Assembly: GCA_036867785.1 (NCBI GenBank)
Contig: CP145411.1
Coordinates: 992,001-1,056,000, forward strand
Source: Plasmodiophora brassicae
Taxonomy: Eukaryota
Reading direction: 5' to 3'
Length of the DNA: 64,000 nt
In this document: positions 49,038-61,286 of the stretch, piece after piece
How positions within the stretch are numbered: the stretch's first letter is position 1
Layout: each line of letters begins with the position of its first letter
Notes under the pieces: model-generated
What the model was told of the DNA's origin: nothing
Database searches by the model: none
The model's input: the letters and a program-made list of their open reading frames with translations, nothing else
Program-made: the position numbers and the translations under genes

Positions 49038-50885
49038 TCAATTGACAGCGTTAATCGCGACGTCGTTGAGGATCTCGTCGAGAAGTGTCTGGACAGTGGA
49101 TTTGCCCAGGGCATAGAAGAACGTGTCGTCTTTCGTAGCGGCGCGTCGCCCCGCCAGGCCGCCGCCCAGCAACTGAATTTCAGCAAAGCACTGCTTGCGG
49201 ATGATGTCCCGCGCTGCTGGAGATGCTTGGCAGATGGTTAGCAGGTTGCTGGCATGCATGTACAACAGGCAGCCATGATGTGGGGCAGCGGGCACTCGAA
49301 GCAGATGCGGGATCCGGGCGAACCATCGCGGTACGCGCTTGTCACAGAACTCCGGCATGTCGACCACGATCCTGACCAGCGCTCCCGAGTCGGGCAGCGA
49401 TACGACCGGGCCGCGACCCGGTGTCGCTATATGAGGAACCACGTCCAGGTACCGGAACAGTTCGAATAAGACAGCGGATTGCAGGTGGTCGACCTCAGTG
49501 ATCTTCTTCATGCCCACCGACATCTGCTCTTCACGAATCGTGACAGTGTCGTCGTTAGCGAGCGAGAAGCGAATCGGCGACGGTACGCGAGGCAAAGCAA
49601 GAGGCATCCTGAGCCGAGGTGATGGCACTCGCGTCAAGGGTGGCGGCGATGTCGCCGGAGATGGCGTTGCCACCTGCACGTTATCCGCTGGTGGTATCTC
49701 CTCACTGGACAGGCACAGCAATGCCGTCACGAACGTTTCGACCTTGAAAACGCTTGTGTTCTGGAACATATCGACACGCTCAGGCACGGTTGCACCGCCA
49801 CTGAAGAGTTGGAACAGCGTGAGCAGGACGCCAGCGTAAAGGGACAGGCCGGCTTCGTGGGTTTGTACGGCGTCCTCCGTAATCATGTCAGTCGACGCCT
49901 CGAGCAGCCTGCTGGCACGAATCTGGTGCGCCGACTTTAAAGCGTTCAGCACCTGAACCTGGAACTCGGACGACTGTGCAAACACAACGTTGAACGGGCG
50001 CCCCTACAATCAACGGCACTGGCATACCTGGAAAGCGTGCCGTTTGAAGTCGGCATTGGCGCCGACGACCATGGCGAATTCTTCGAAGACGAACGCTTTC
50101 TCGAGAGACGCGTCCGATCCGCTCAGCCTTGCCAGCATGGCATTGAACAGCTGTATGGAAGCCGATGCATCAAGGTTGAACGCCGCTCTGCATAAAGACG
50201 CGTCGTAGAGCGACGGCCACGCTTGTTGGACGCGAGCCGAGAACCATGCCGCATGCAGGTGAGCGAAAAGGTGTGTATCGGCGAAGAATGTGTAGAAATC
50301 GACCGTGTCAGGCACGGCGACCTGGTCATCCACCGACAGGCGAATATGCTGGGAGTCTCGAGCAACAGCGTCCTCAAGGAACTTTGCGTTATCCTGTAGC
50401 TGTTCGACAGCCTGACAGACAGACTGTCAAACACTCCCCAGTAGCGAGCGATATACGGCCCTTTACCGTCGTGTTCAGGAACGGGACGAATACCGCCTTA
50501 TCTGACAAACGCAAACAGTGAGGCCAGCGTTGGTTTGCACGAGACGGCAATAGCATCACCGATGGCAGTCATCTTCACCTCGTCGATCTGGACGATGAAC
50601 ATCCCCGATCTGCAGACCATGAAGACGAAGTAGCCTGCAGCCAGCACACATTACCGCATGGGCCATCGTCCCATGTGCGGGCTGTTTCGAGGCACACCTT
50701 TCGGCTGCAGCGACCTGGCCTCGACGAACACGGCCGTCTCGAAGTACAGCAAATCCTTGATCACGTTCGCATCGAACACCCGTCGCAGGCACGCCTCCGT
50801 CTTTCGTGTCCCGTCAGCAATCTGGCATACGAACCGTGCTCCTCCCTGTCGACCAGCGTACCTGCGTCTTGCTGGCCTGCCGCAT
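49038..50885 (-). CDS. Uncharacterised multi-exon protein; start approximate
   Basis: Long - strand ORFs (315 and 107 aa) linked by short GT-AG introns. Confidence 0.55.
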
Positions 50886-51374
50886 ATCTACGACGACGAT
50901 GGGGGCGCTGGCGCGACCCGTTCGGGCGATTGCGACCGTCACAACGGTGAATGTATACTACTACTGCTCATCATCGGGGCCCATCCGGGTCGTGCTGCCG
51001 TCGGAACGCGTCCGCCTGGGCGCGAATCTGCCGGCAGGCCTCCTTCGCCTGGTCGCGCAGCAGCTCCTTCTGCACGCGGACCTGCTCCTGCAGGAACTCC
51101 TCCACCTGCATCGAACGCACGCGCTCGCCGCTCGCCGACAGGTCCGCCTGCAGGTCCGGCGCCACCCATCGCCGCTTGTCACCCCCGTCGCCGCCGTCCA
51201 TCACCACACCCGCGACCACCTTTTTGTGCTCTGGACCGCAGGCCCCCGCCGACCGGACTGTCATCATCACTCATCACGTTCCCGCCGACCTGCACAACGA
51301 ACTCCAACCAGCGGATGCGGACTACATCGATAGCGACTAAGGAGGTCGACGACCACAATCCGACGTGTGCAGGT

Positions 51375-52004
51375 TCAGATGGGTTTTACTGGCACGTCGG
51401 CGATGGGGCACCGTTCCATGAGGAACAGGGCGACGCACTGGGCGGCGTGGTGGTAGTTGATGTGCCCGGTGCCATGCAGGTCGCATGAGCGGACGACGTT
51501 CCGCATGGTGTCGGGCGACAGCTGTAGGCGGCCGGTCAGGGCGCCGAGTGCGTCCTTCAGCTGGGTCGGGCGCAGGAACCCGAACTCGCCGGGGTCGTAC
51601 GACCGGAAGTGCTCGTAGAGCCGTTCGTAGAGCGCCCGGAAGTTGTCGACCGGGGAGTCGACGGCCGGCGTCGACGGACCCGGCCGTGACGGTCGCTTGG
51701 TGAGTTGATCGCGTCGGGATAACCGCTTGGCGAAGGTGACTGTTGACACCGAGAGGGCGCCGTTAGCCACCGCGTTCTCGTTCCGGTTCGTCAGGGCGGG
51801 CAGCGTGCATGCCGTCCGACGCGCCGTGCTGGTTGGCGCCTTCTGAATGCCCGGCAGGCGTGTTCGTGTCGATCGGATCGGATCCAGGACGTTCGATACG
51901 GGTGCGCGAGAGGTCGTCGACCCGGCCGCGCGTCGCGATGTCCGAAACGGGCCCCAACTTTCGTCCTGCTCGCGACCCCGCACGAATATGGATGACGACG
52001 ACAT
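51375..52004 (-). CDS. EF-hand pair protein; may splice on to a coiled-coil exon ending at 50971
   Basis: FRSYDPGEFGFL...L and CDLHGTGHINY. Confidence 0.6.
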   Translation of the reverse strand: MSSSSIFVRGREQDESWGPFRTSRRAAGSTTSRAPVSNVLDPIRSTRTRLPGIQKAPTSTARRTACTLPALTNRNENAVANGALSVSTVTFAKRLSRRDQLTKRPSRPGPSTPAVDSPVDNFRALYERLYEHFRSYDPGEFGFLRPTQLKDALGALTGRLQLSPDTMRNVVRSCDLHGTGHINYHHAAQCVALFLMERCPIADVPVKPI

Positions 52005-52225
52005 GGGCGGCAGGCGTCGCCGCTTCTTCAGGTTTGGGTCGGCAAACGAGAATTTACCACTGTACCGTCTAGGGTACCCCGATCAAGGTCTGGTCGACAA
52101 CGGACAACGAGGTACCTAACGGGGGGAATCGTCTCAGGTGCTGGTGTCTCGCCGTACATGCTCGGATTGTCAGTCGTGTCAGCGCTGTCGAATCGGGAAC
52201 AATCGAGAAACGGGTCCCAGTACAG

Positions 52226-53270
52226 ATGAGCGCCTACGGTGCACTGAGCGACGATGCTGTCGGCGGCAAGCCCCTTGTCGTGGCGTTGGCCGCCTGCCAT
52301 CAGGGGCAGACGAAGGCGGGCGTCGATTCCGGATGGATTGCATTGGCAGGCGATGTGAACCTGTCGGGCGCCACATTCGTTGACTTCCGTGACCAGCGTA
52401 AGTTCGGGAACCCAATCAAAGGGGCCATGATTCTCTCGAGGAACATTGGCTGTGCTTTGGACAAGGCGGCGAAGGCCGCCAACGCGGACGACGTCCCGTT
52501 GCTGTGCCTCGGCGGCGACCACACTGTGTCAGTGGGCACAGTCGCTGCCACGAAATGGCGGCACCCGACGACGCGTCTGATCTGGATCGATGCCCACCCG
52601 GACATCAACACGCCCGACGTAAGGAGCCCCAGCGTCGCCGGACAACGCGCGCCCCATCCTAACGTTGTTCCGCAGACAACGATGAGCGGCAACTGTCATG
52701 GAATGCCGGTGGCACACCTGATGAACCTCGTTGACGGGTTCCAGCTGCCGGCATGCATTGAGCCCCATGAAATCCTCTACATCGGCCTCAGATCGATCGT
52801 GAGGGCCCACGTATGCTCACAGCCAGGCCTGCGTTTAACACTGTCGCTCGCAGGACGACGCCGAGCTGGTTCGACTGGAGGCAATCAGGCAGGCGGGCGG
52901 GTTCGTGTACTATGCGGACGAAATCCTGGAGCGAGGGATGGACGCCATCCTGGCCGATGTCGACTCGAAATGGGGATCGCCATCGGCGACGGCATTCGAT
53001 TTCCCGTTGCACATATCGTTGGACGTCGATTCGATGGACCCGAAATTTGCACCGGCAACCGGGACCCCGGTGCCCGATGGCCTAACGCCACAGCAGGTCG
53101 CCACCGTTCTGCAGTGGGCGAACAGTCGCGCCTACAGGGGCCTATGCCATCTCGATATCGTCGAGCTGAACCCGGACCTATCCACCGCACGTGGCGCTGC
53201 GACAACGATAGCAACGACGCAGGTGCTCCTATCCGCATGGATCCAATCTCATGCTCGGCTGCGACCTTAA
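52226..53270 (+). CDS. Arginase (3 exons)
   Basis: GGDHT, WIDAHPDINTP, SGNCHGMP, YIGLRS, SLDVDSMDP..APATGTPV, VELNP. Confidence 0.92.
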
Positions 53271-53508
53271 AGGATCCCGGGTTTCATTCAGATGGCCGAC
53301 GTCAGAGCAGGTACATAAACGGTCCAACCGTAAAACGGGGCCCTGCCTACACTGACGACTGATGGGATGGAGCGGGCGGCCCCGTGATGGCCCCAACGCG
53401 GCCAACCGTGGGGATTTATTCACTACCGCTCGTCGCTCGATGGGATGGTGCTGGTCCGACTATGAATGGGATTACGCAGTCCGTGGCGTCGACTGCAGCT
53501 CGAGCTGG

Positions 53509-54763
53509 ATGGACGGGGATAATGGCAGCAACGACCTGCACGTCGTTGTGGAGAAGCTGCCACACGTCAGGCGGCTGGTGATATCGGCGTGGAAACCGCA
53601 TGGGCCAGCGCCGTCCGTTCGGTATGAGCTGAACCGGATGCGTGTCGATGTGCCGGGGGTTGGTTCGACACCTGCGATCCTGTTCGACTGTCATATCGAT
53701 GCGTGTCGTGCCCGGGTGACGCCTTCGGCGGGTTCGGTTAGCACTGTCACCGTACCGGTCACACTCGACAAGAAACGCGATGATGATCTGGACCTGCCTT
53801 CTGCAGTGGAGATGCGTGTCAGCGGCCGGCTTCTGCATTGTCGTGCTTGCCATGGCGTTCTGGCTGACCTCTCCCGGCTGTCGTGTGCAATGCCGTTGCC
53901 GACTGAGCATTGGATGGAGACGGCCGAGTTGTGGGTCTGCGACCCTCAGACCATGTCGACCATTGAACGACCGTACGGGCTACCTGATCGTCCTGTCGAC
54001 GAGCGTGTCGACGCAGACAGGGCCTTGGTTGGCCTTCGTGATATCATCGTCCCTCATAACGCCATTGAGCAAGGCGGATCGATTGCCGCTGCTGGGTACG
54101 CGCTGTCCTCCATGGTTCCGTTTGCACGCTGACGTCGAATGGGTGCAGAGATTCAGCTCGGATCATATGTGCACAGTGTGGGTGCCACGTTGGCACCAGC
54201 GTTGAAGGCGGGATACGCTTTTGGAAACGGTCCCTGGTGGCCAGTGACGAAATGGCGGGCGGGCCGAGTGCCTTCTCATGGTACGGCAACGAAACGGATG
54301 TGACGTCGCTGATTCTGCAGAAGTGCCAGGCGCGGTCGTGCTATCTGGCAGAGGTCGTCTGCCGACAACAACCAGACCTGGGCGTGATCAGCATGCAGAT
54401 CATCAACTGGGATGCGTTCTGCATTCGGGCGTCGTACAGCTTTAATGGACAGGGTTTCACTCTCAAGAACCGATTCCCTGTCAATGCATACCGGTTTGCC
54501 CCTATTATGAAAGTTCTGTTTCGCCAGCATCCACGATCAACGGAACCGTAAGAACACGGGGTTACTTCTACGCAGGGGTGCCATGGCTGATTTCTCATAG
54601 GATACCGCCATTTACGTCGCGTGACATTGTTGAGGAGATAGAGCTGGATTCCGACCTCTGGTTTAGCCTATCATCTGCACTGCAACGAAGCAACCAGTAC
54701 TATCCCCCGCCTGATCGTCAGCTGAACGGTCTTTCTGTCGGGTTCCTAGCAAGGTCTTCCTAA
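53509..54763 (+). CDS. UBE3D/Ipa1-like (HECT_2) protein
   Basis: LHCRAC...PLPTEHWMETAELWVC, second CxxC, C-terminal LQRSNQYYPP..R..GLSVGFL. Confidence 0.72.
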
Positions 54764-55366
54764 CTCTGTGGCTTGATGGCTCTGGCGAGTTCGCTTAGCC
54801 TTTTGTAGGTTGTCAAGAATTATATGATCGTCATTATCGTTATTACATTGTGTTCGGATTGCCCCGATGGTCGTCGGATTTCGCCAGCGTAGCTTGTCGA
54901 CCTTCCAATACATACATTGCAAGACGGAATCCCTTTGCAAACGTCATCCACTCGCTTCGTACGAATTGGATAGCGTTGTGAACATTACGAGCCTAACACG
55001 GTCGGTACGATTTCTCTTGACCCATAACGGTATAATACGCCGAGTGACCGGCTGCGATACCATTCTACCAGCCTAATAGCAATTGTTTGGGAACCAAACG
55101 GGGGGTGGGTCAGCGTGTTCGTGTTGATTGTCAATCGTTTTATCTGCAGTGGTTTGCTGGTTTTGCGTAGCTTGCAGTCCTGTACAAAAGGGACAGCTGG
55201 CCTTCGGCGCAAACGTTACGAGCGCTTGCGACAATGTCGGCTGACGAGGTTTGACCAGGGTCCTGGCTGCAGTAGACGCAGTCTCGGTGACCGCCGACCG
55301 GGTCCGCAGTCCGCAGTCCGCACGCAGTCCGCAGGACCGCAGCCCAAACCCTTTCAGCGCACCGTC

Positions 55367-56758
55367 ATGACGAAGGAGGAATCTCCTGAACTGCTCGGCC
55401 TGGTTGCTGACTACCTGGAACGCCATGGGTACACTAAGGCTTCCTCGAAACTGAAGAAAGAGGCGTCCGCATCGCTTGTTCACGCCGAGGGCGCGGTCCC
55501 ACTCGAGGCAGTCTTCGAAGCCTTCAAGCGGCGCCGGTCACCATCACCGAGCGATGATGCCGACCGAAAGCAGAAGAGACGAAAAGTTGTCGAGGAATCC
55601 GAGGCATCGTCTACGGAAAGCGATGAAGACGATGACGAAGACGTCAAGTTCATGGTTGCGGGCAAGGACGACGAGAGTGACGAGGAAAGCGAATCGTCGG
55701 AGTCAGATGACGAGGTGGAAAGTGGTGAAGATGATGAGACCGACGAAAGCGACGATTCGGGTGAGGACGATTCGTCTGAGGATGACGATGATAGCGCCGA
55801 GGAAGAAGCGGACGGCATGTTCGTTGACGACGAGGCAGCGGAAGGCATGAGCTCGGAATCCGAAGTTGAATCTGAAGAGGAGGATTCGGAGGGATCGTCC
55901 AGCGATGAATCCGATGACGCTGTTTTAGCGGAATCACAGTCTGAGGTCGCATCGAGTGACGGCAGGCTCTCATCGTCCAGCGAAAGCGAGAGTGACAGTG
56001 AAAATGAAGATGGACCCGATCGTGCGGAGGCGGAATCCAGTGACGATGATTCCTCCAGCAACGACAGCAGCAGTGATAGCAACCAGCAAGTCGAGGCTGC
56101 AGATGAGCAAGATGCCAGCAGCAGCAGTGACAACAGCAGCAGTGAGGACGATGACTCCAGTGAGGAAGAGAGCGCTGACGCGGGCGCGGGTTCCCTCGAA
56201 AACCCCGCAACCGTCGAGGTCTTTGCATGCGAAGTGGCTGCTGTCGGGGGCGATGCTAGCGACGAGGAGGAAAGCAGCAGTGAAAGCGAGGAGGAGAGCA
56301 GTTCCAGTAATGATAGCGACAAGGAAGAGGAGAGCAGCAGCTCCAGCAGTGAGGACAGGAGCTCCTGCAGTGATGGTGATGAATCGTCTGAAGAAGATGA
56401 AGGTGAAGAGCGGGAATCGGAAGGCGACGACAAAAGAGAAGGAAAGGCGCGACAAAAGGCCACGCCGTCGAAGCCGAAGAAGTCGGTGTCTCCAGGAAGC
56501 GCGGATGGATCAAAGTCCACACCCGGCCAGCGTTTCCAGCGGGTCAAGAGCAACGAAGTCATGTACAAAGATGAACGATTGAAGGACAACACTTACGCGG
56601 CCATCCAAGAACTCGGTGAGACCTACGGTGCCAAGGCTAGCCAGAAGCTGATCGTCACTAGAGGCAAGGGTTTCCGCCACGAGAAAACCAAAGCGAAACG
56701 AGGCACGTACCGCGGTGGCAAGATTGACGACTCCCAGGTTCGATCCATCAAATTCTGA
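55367..56758 (+). CDS. SRP40: Nucleolar phosphoprotein SRP40/NOLC1 (LisH, acidic Ser tracts, SRP40_C)
   Basis: LVADYLERHGY (LisH); FQRV..LKDN..GAKA..L..TRGKGFRHEKTKAKRGTYRGGKID..SIKF. Confidence 0.92.
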   Translation: MTKEESPELLGLVADYLERHGYTKASSKLKKEASASLVHAEGAVPLEAVFEAFKRRRSPSPSDDADRKQKRRKVVEESEASSTESDEDDDEDVKFMVAGKDDESDEESESSESDDEVESGEDDETDESDDSGEDDSSEDDDDSAEEEADGMFVDDEAAEGMSSESEVESEEEDSEGSSSDESDDAVLAESQSEVASSDGRLSSSSESESDSENEDGPDRAEAESSDDDSSSNDSSSDSNQQVEAADEQDASSSSDNSSSEDDDSSEEESADAGAGSLENPATVEVFACEVAAVGGDASDEEESSSESEEESSSSNDSDKEEESSSSSSEDRSSCSDGDESSEEDEGEERESEGDDKREGKARQKATPSKPKKSVSPGSADGSKSTPGQRFQRVKSNEVMYKDERLKDNTYAAIQELGETYGAKASQKLIVTRGKGFRHEKTKAKRGTYRGGKIDDSQVRSIKF

Positions 56759-57021
56759 AAACTGTTCCAGTCGCACCCATCAGTGTATAAATGGCTCGAT
56801 TCCGTGCACAGCTGTGTCGGATGCCCTGCGTAGGTCGTAGATTTCGGGGCGTGCAGGACCTGTCGGCAGTCGACAGCGTTTCGTTGCAGATGGCGTGGCA
56901 AAACGGGGGGCAGAGAAATGAATGCTGCATTTTGCGCGGCAGCACTGTCGGGCCAAGGGCAACTGGGCATGGCGCAGTCCGTGGCAATCCCATTGCACGC
57001 GTCGCGCCGTCGTCGGCAACG

Positions 57022-57799
57022 ATGCCGCGCTCACGTTCGCGATCCAAGTCGCGCACCCGCCGTACGTCGCCCCGCGGCCGAAAGCGTTCGCGTTCGTATT
57101 CGTCGTACTCGTCATCGTCGCGGTCGCCGTCGTCGTCCTATTCCCGATCGGAATCGTCGTCGTACGACAGCCGGTCGTATTCGCGTAGTCCGACGCCTCG
57201 CGGGCGCCGCGTTCGGCGTAGCCCGTTTCGCGGCCGATCGCGCTCACCGCGCCGTCGTCGTGTGTCACCGGTGCGTAGTCGGAAGCGATCGCGAACCCCC
57301 AGCCCGAAACGCGTTGTAGTGCGCGGTCTGACCAGGAATGTGAATGTCGACCATGTGAAGGAAATCTTCGGCACGTTTGCTGATATCGTTCAGGTTCGTG
57401 GACCCACGGGTCCGTTTGAATGGTCATCTGTTTCTCAAACGCTTCCAGGTTGACCTGCCTCTGAATCCGAAAACGAAGACGAACATGGGTAGGGCTGAGA
57501 TCACGTTCAAGACGAGCTCGGGAGCAGATAAGGCACGTTCTCACATGGACGGTGGCCAGGTCGACGGCCAGGTCATTCATGTGTCTATTGTCCCACCAGA
57601 ACGGCGAGGCGGCGATTTGCGTCGCCCTTCATCGCCTCGGCGATTTGGCGGAGGTCGACGATCTCGTTCGCCATTCCGTCGCGACGAGTTCCGCGGTCGT
57701 CGCCGTTCACCTTTCCGTCGTCCAGGATCTCCGCCTCGACGCAGGTCGCGATCGCCGGTGCGCCGTCCAATGTCTCGCTCTCCGGTTCGCCGCCATTAA
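57022..57799 (+). CDS. RNPS1: RNPS1/SR45-like splicing factor (RS domain, RRM, RS/RP domain)
   Basis: GLTRNVNVDHVKEIFGTF, HMDGGQVDG, flanking RS-rich tracts. Confidence 0.85.
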
Positions 57800-58107
57800 T
57801 CACAATGGGACACGCCGACTACTTTGTCTGGCGAAGTTGTTCGATTCCACATAAACTGATACGTTGCATCGGAACAGCACCCAGCATTCAAAACAGCACC
57901 CATTGTAAGGGTGTCCGTTAATTTGAAGACGGACAACCAAGGAGGATGCTGCTGGAAACCACCGACAGGCAGTGAATGGTCACAGTGCGAGCGTGCGCGC
58001 AATTCGTACGCCGCCGGCCGCACAGCCGCGATTGGACATCGGACGAGTGCCACGGAGTTTGCGGAGACCGTACGGTCAACAGTCTACACACGCGTTACCC
58101 CTCTGCA

Positions 58108-59127
58108 ATGGGCGTACGCACTCGTCGTGAAGCGTTCAGCGTGCTGCAGAAGTACCGCACCCACGTTGTCGGTACATTGCTTCTACTCACCGTAGTGGGC
58201 CTGTATGTTGCCAACGGGCATTTCACGAAAGTCGCGAACCGACCCTTCTTCTCAACCTATTCTTCGAATGCGCTGTGCTTCATCTACCTAATCGTCTGGT
58301 GGTGTCACCACAAGTTTGTCGAGAAGTCATCCTCAAAGGAATTGGTTGACGTGATGAAGTCAACATCCTGGGTTGTCTTGCAGTTCCTTCCCCTATACGT
58401 CTGCATGTCGTTCACGTTCAACTGGTCCTTGTCGCACACGACTTTGACGAGCAACTCCATCATCAGCGCTACGTCCTCTGTCTTCACGCTGATGTTCTCT
58501 TACTTCATGCTTAAATCGTCTCCACGGGTCATCAACGTCATCGGGTCGGCATTACTAGTAGGCGGTGTGGTGTGCGTTGCAGTTGATCCACCTAAAGACA
58601 TGAACGCATCTATCGAAGAAGCGTCCCAAGTCGACATGGTCCTTATGGGCAACCTTGCTGCCGTGTTGGCGGCGTGCATCGGGGCGTTCTACTTCACGTA
58701 CATGAAGAAGCGTCTGACCGAGGACACGGACATGACACTGTTCTTTGGCCTAACCGGTTTAATCGGCACGGTCCTGCTATTGCCAGTGGTCGTCATACTT
58801 CAGGTTACTCACGTCGAGGATATAATCGGCCTTGACGTTGACACCATGTTGATCTTCCTGGCCCTCGCTGGGACGAACATGCTGGCCAACTATCTGTACG
58901 CGAAGGTCGTAGTTTACACTACGCCGTTCGTTGCCACGGTCGGCCTCGGCCTCACCAACCCGCTCAACATGATCGTCGACAAACTCAAGTACAACAAGCA
59001 GTTCGGCGTCGTTTACCTCTGCGGCATCGCCATCGTCCTGATCGGTGTGGTTGTCACGAACATCCAGCACAAGAAGGAGCTCGATGATGCCGCTGAAAAG
59101 GACGCCATCGTCGTAAACAAGGCGTAA
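58108..59127 (+). CDS. EamA/DMT transporter, SLC35F5-like, intronless
   Basis: About 10 TM segments; PFFSTY, SLSHTT..SNSIISATSSVFTL, LFFGLTG, TTPFVATVGLGLT.PL. Confidence 0.88.
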   Translation: MGVRTRREAFSVLQKYRTHVVGTLLLLTVVGLYVANGHFTKVANRPFFSTYSSNALCFIYLIVWWCHHKFVEKSSSKELVDVMKSTSWVVLQFLPLYVCMSFTFNWSLSHTTLTSNSIISATSSVFTLMFSYFMLKSSPRVINVIGSALLVGGVVCVAVDPPKDMNASIEEASQVDMVLMGNLAAVLAACIGAFYFTYMKKRLTEDTDMTLFFGLTGLIGTVLLLPVVVILQVTHVEDIIGLDVDTMLIFLALAGTNMLANYLYAKVVVYTTPFVATVGLGLTNPLNMIVDKLKYNKQFGVVYLCGIAIVLIGVVVTNIQHKKELDDAAEKDAIVVNKA

Positions 59128-59198
59128 TCAATACAGACTGGTCGTCTACCAACCAAGTACCAACCGTATGCGAGTGCGCGTCTATACCGGCGACGTTT

Positions 59199-59219
59199 GG
59201 GGGGGGGGGGGGGGGGGGG
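59199..59219 (+). repeat. G21 homopolymer
   Basis: Direct count. Confidence 0.9.
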
Positions 59220-59226
59220 CACACGC

Positions 59227-59368
59227 GCTCACCGTACCGGCTGCGATGTCAGTAACCGGCAAGTGACCAGTCGAACGACCACCGCCGTTTCGCACACGAC
59301 CGGTATGGTGTGTCGGTTTTCCGCGTGTCGGCGTGCTGTACGTCGTCATCGCAGCCGGTACGGTGAGC
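59227..59368. repeat. Perfect 22-bp inverted repeat with 98-bp spacer
   Basis: GCTCACCGTACCGGCTGCGATG (59227-59248) / CATCGCAGCCGGTACGGTGAGC (59347-59368). Confidence 0.9.
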
Positions 59369-60037
59369 CGGCGTCATCGCGCGAAACAACAACCCACACA
59401 GGCAGCTCAGCCCCTTCTTGTGCAGCGTCGGCGCCCCGATCAATCAGCTGCGTTCCATTGCGTTTGCAACGCTCGGTGAAGCGGACGCGCAATGCAGTCC
59501 ACCATCGCGCGTCGTCGATCGCAACGTAGGTATCGTCCGCCTTTTTTAAACCGGTTGCAACAAGCGTTTCGCACCTGCGACGCGTAGTTCGTCGCCGATG
59601 ATAGCTTCGTTATGGAAGGCGAGTTGTGGACTTGGAACGAGCAGAAACGCTCGAGCAGGTTCTTTCCAGCCTGGTCCGCAAGCAGGTCCTCCCAGCCAGT
59701 CGCCTGGACTCACGTCGCTTTAGACCCTTGCTGCAGAAACCGGGAGAAATGCGCCAACGCCGTCAGCCGCAGGCGTCCCTTGGCCTTGCCCATCGAGGCA
59801 TCAGCCACGATGCACGGCACGACAGCGACCGGTGCTTGAGCCATCCCGGCTGTTTGTCGTACGGAGCCTGCAGGATTATGTGGCGCGCACGGATTGCACG
59901 GCAAGATGCGGCTTCAGGCGCTGTCACGGGGTTAGCTGAGTCCGGCGGAGTTGGAGCCGAGGCCACCAAGCATAACAGGAGTAAGAGTTACGTGCGGCGT
60001 GGACCGTTCCCCACGTTTCATTGAAGGAAGCGCCCCC

Positions 60038-61215
60038 ATGTCCTCTCCCGAGCTGTACGCCGGCAAGCCTGGGCCGCTGCCTGTCGAGGGCGACGCGGAA
60101 ACTAAAATCCAGGGACCACCCGCGGACGCTTCGCCGGGTGCGGCCGATGCGCCGGGAGCCCGACCAGCGGATGACGCCTCGGCGGCCGTGTCCGTACTGT
60201 ACGTCCCAGGCACGGCGCTACCGAAGCTTGGGCGGTACGTCAACCAGGTCGTCGAAGTTCGTATCGCCGGCAAGTATCTGTCCACGAAGAACAAGGAGGT
60301 TCATACCCGCCAGATATGGGGAACGGACGTCTATACGGACGACTCGGATGTCGTTGCTGTCTGCCAGCATACGGGAAAGATCATGCTGAGGCCAAGCCCG
60401 CCCGTTAAGTTGATCGGCCTCAGCGTGTTCCTCAAGGTACCACTTCCAATGTTCGTTCGCATGTCCACGCTTCTCTTGAACGACGTGCACTTGTAAGGTT
60501 CTTCCGCCTCGGAGCCACTACGAAGGCTCGCACCGATACAAGCTACTGTCTCGAAACTGGCTCCCTCAGTACCACAAATGCAGTATCGGGATGCTTCGCG
60601 TTGCTCCTATCACTGTAAGTCGTGTGTTGCGTTTCGAACGATGCGCCGCTGTACTCACAGACCCGCAGCAAGCGGAGAAATTGGACCCTCGTGCGCCCGG
60701 CAGCAACCTGAAGGTTCCCAAGAGCGTCCCGCCACCGGCGAACGGTCGACGACCCTACACGAAGCGGAAGTTTGCTCCTGACACGACGATTATGTTCAAC
60801 TGCTGGAACGAGCCGTGCCTGAAGTACTGCATCCCGTTAATCGCGGATCGTGGTACGAACTCGCAGAACTGGACCAGGTATGCTGCATCGTTTCGGTTCG
60901 TTCCCACACAAGGTGACTCAGCGAGGTCTATGCAGTACTCGATTGCGCCGGGACGTTCTGTACCTGAACACGGATGCGCAGCAGTATGAGCTTGCTCGGG
61001 CAGGTGACAACGGACGTTACGATGTTTATCGATGGTCTCGGTGCACGCGCCCACCGAACGGGTCGACTAGGAAGGTGCCGGCACCGGAAAGCCAAGCATC
61101 TGTCGTTGCGGATGACCTCGACTGGGAGGAGATCGAATGGGGACCGCAAACAGTCCGTATTCGCGACGTCGTGTACAACGTTCAAACGATCCAGTTCCTG
61201 CCGATGACTGCTTGA
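60038..61215 (+). CDS. Rxt3-domain protein (Sin3/Rpd3L HDAC complex subunit-like)
   Basis: RQIWGTDVYTDDSDVVAVCQHTG; FNCWNEPCLKY..IADRG; VLYLNT..QYEL; YRWSRC. Confidence 0.8.
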
Positions 61216-61286
61216 TGGGTTTCTAACATTAACGGGATGTTTACGCAAGACTCAATGAATCAACAACATCTTCATATAAACATCTC

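Noticed and set aside
52226..53362. 378-aa ORF as a full-length arginase fusion
   Set aside because: It reads through introns and changes frame; the conserved arginase C-terminus is in the frame ending at 53270.
54780..55300. Possible ncRNA in an AT-richer intergenic region
   Set aside because: No recognisable tRNA, snRNA or box C/D pattern.
55480..56592. 370-aa Ser/Leu-rich ORF on the - strand, and other long overlapping ORFs
   Set aside because: Antisense shadows of the low-complexity SRP40 coding region.
59612..60024. Small ORFs upstream of the Rxt3-like gene
   Set aside because: No recognisable motif or consistent exon structure.
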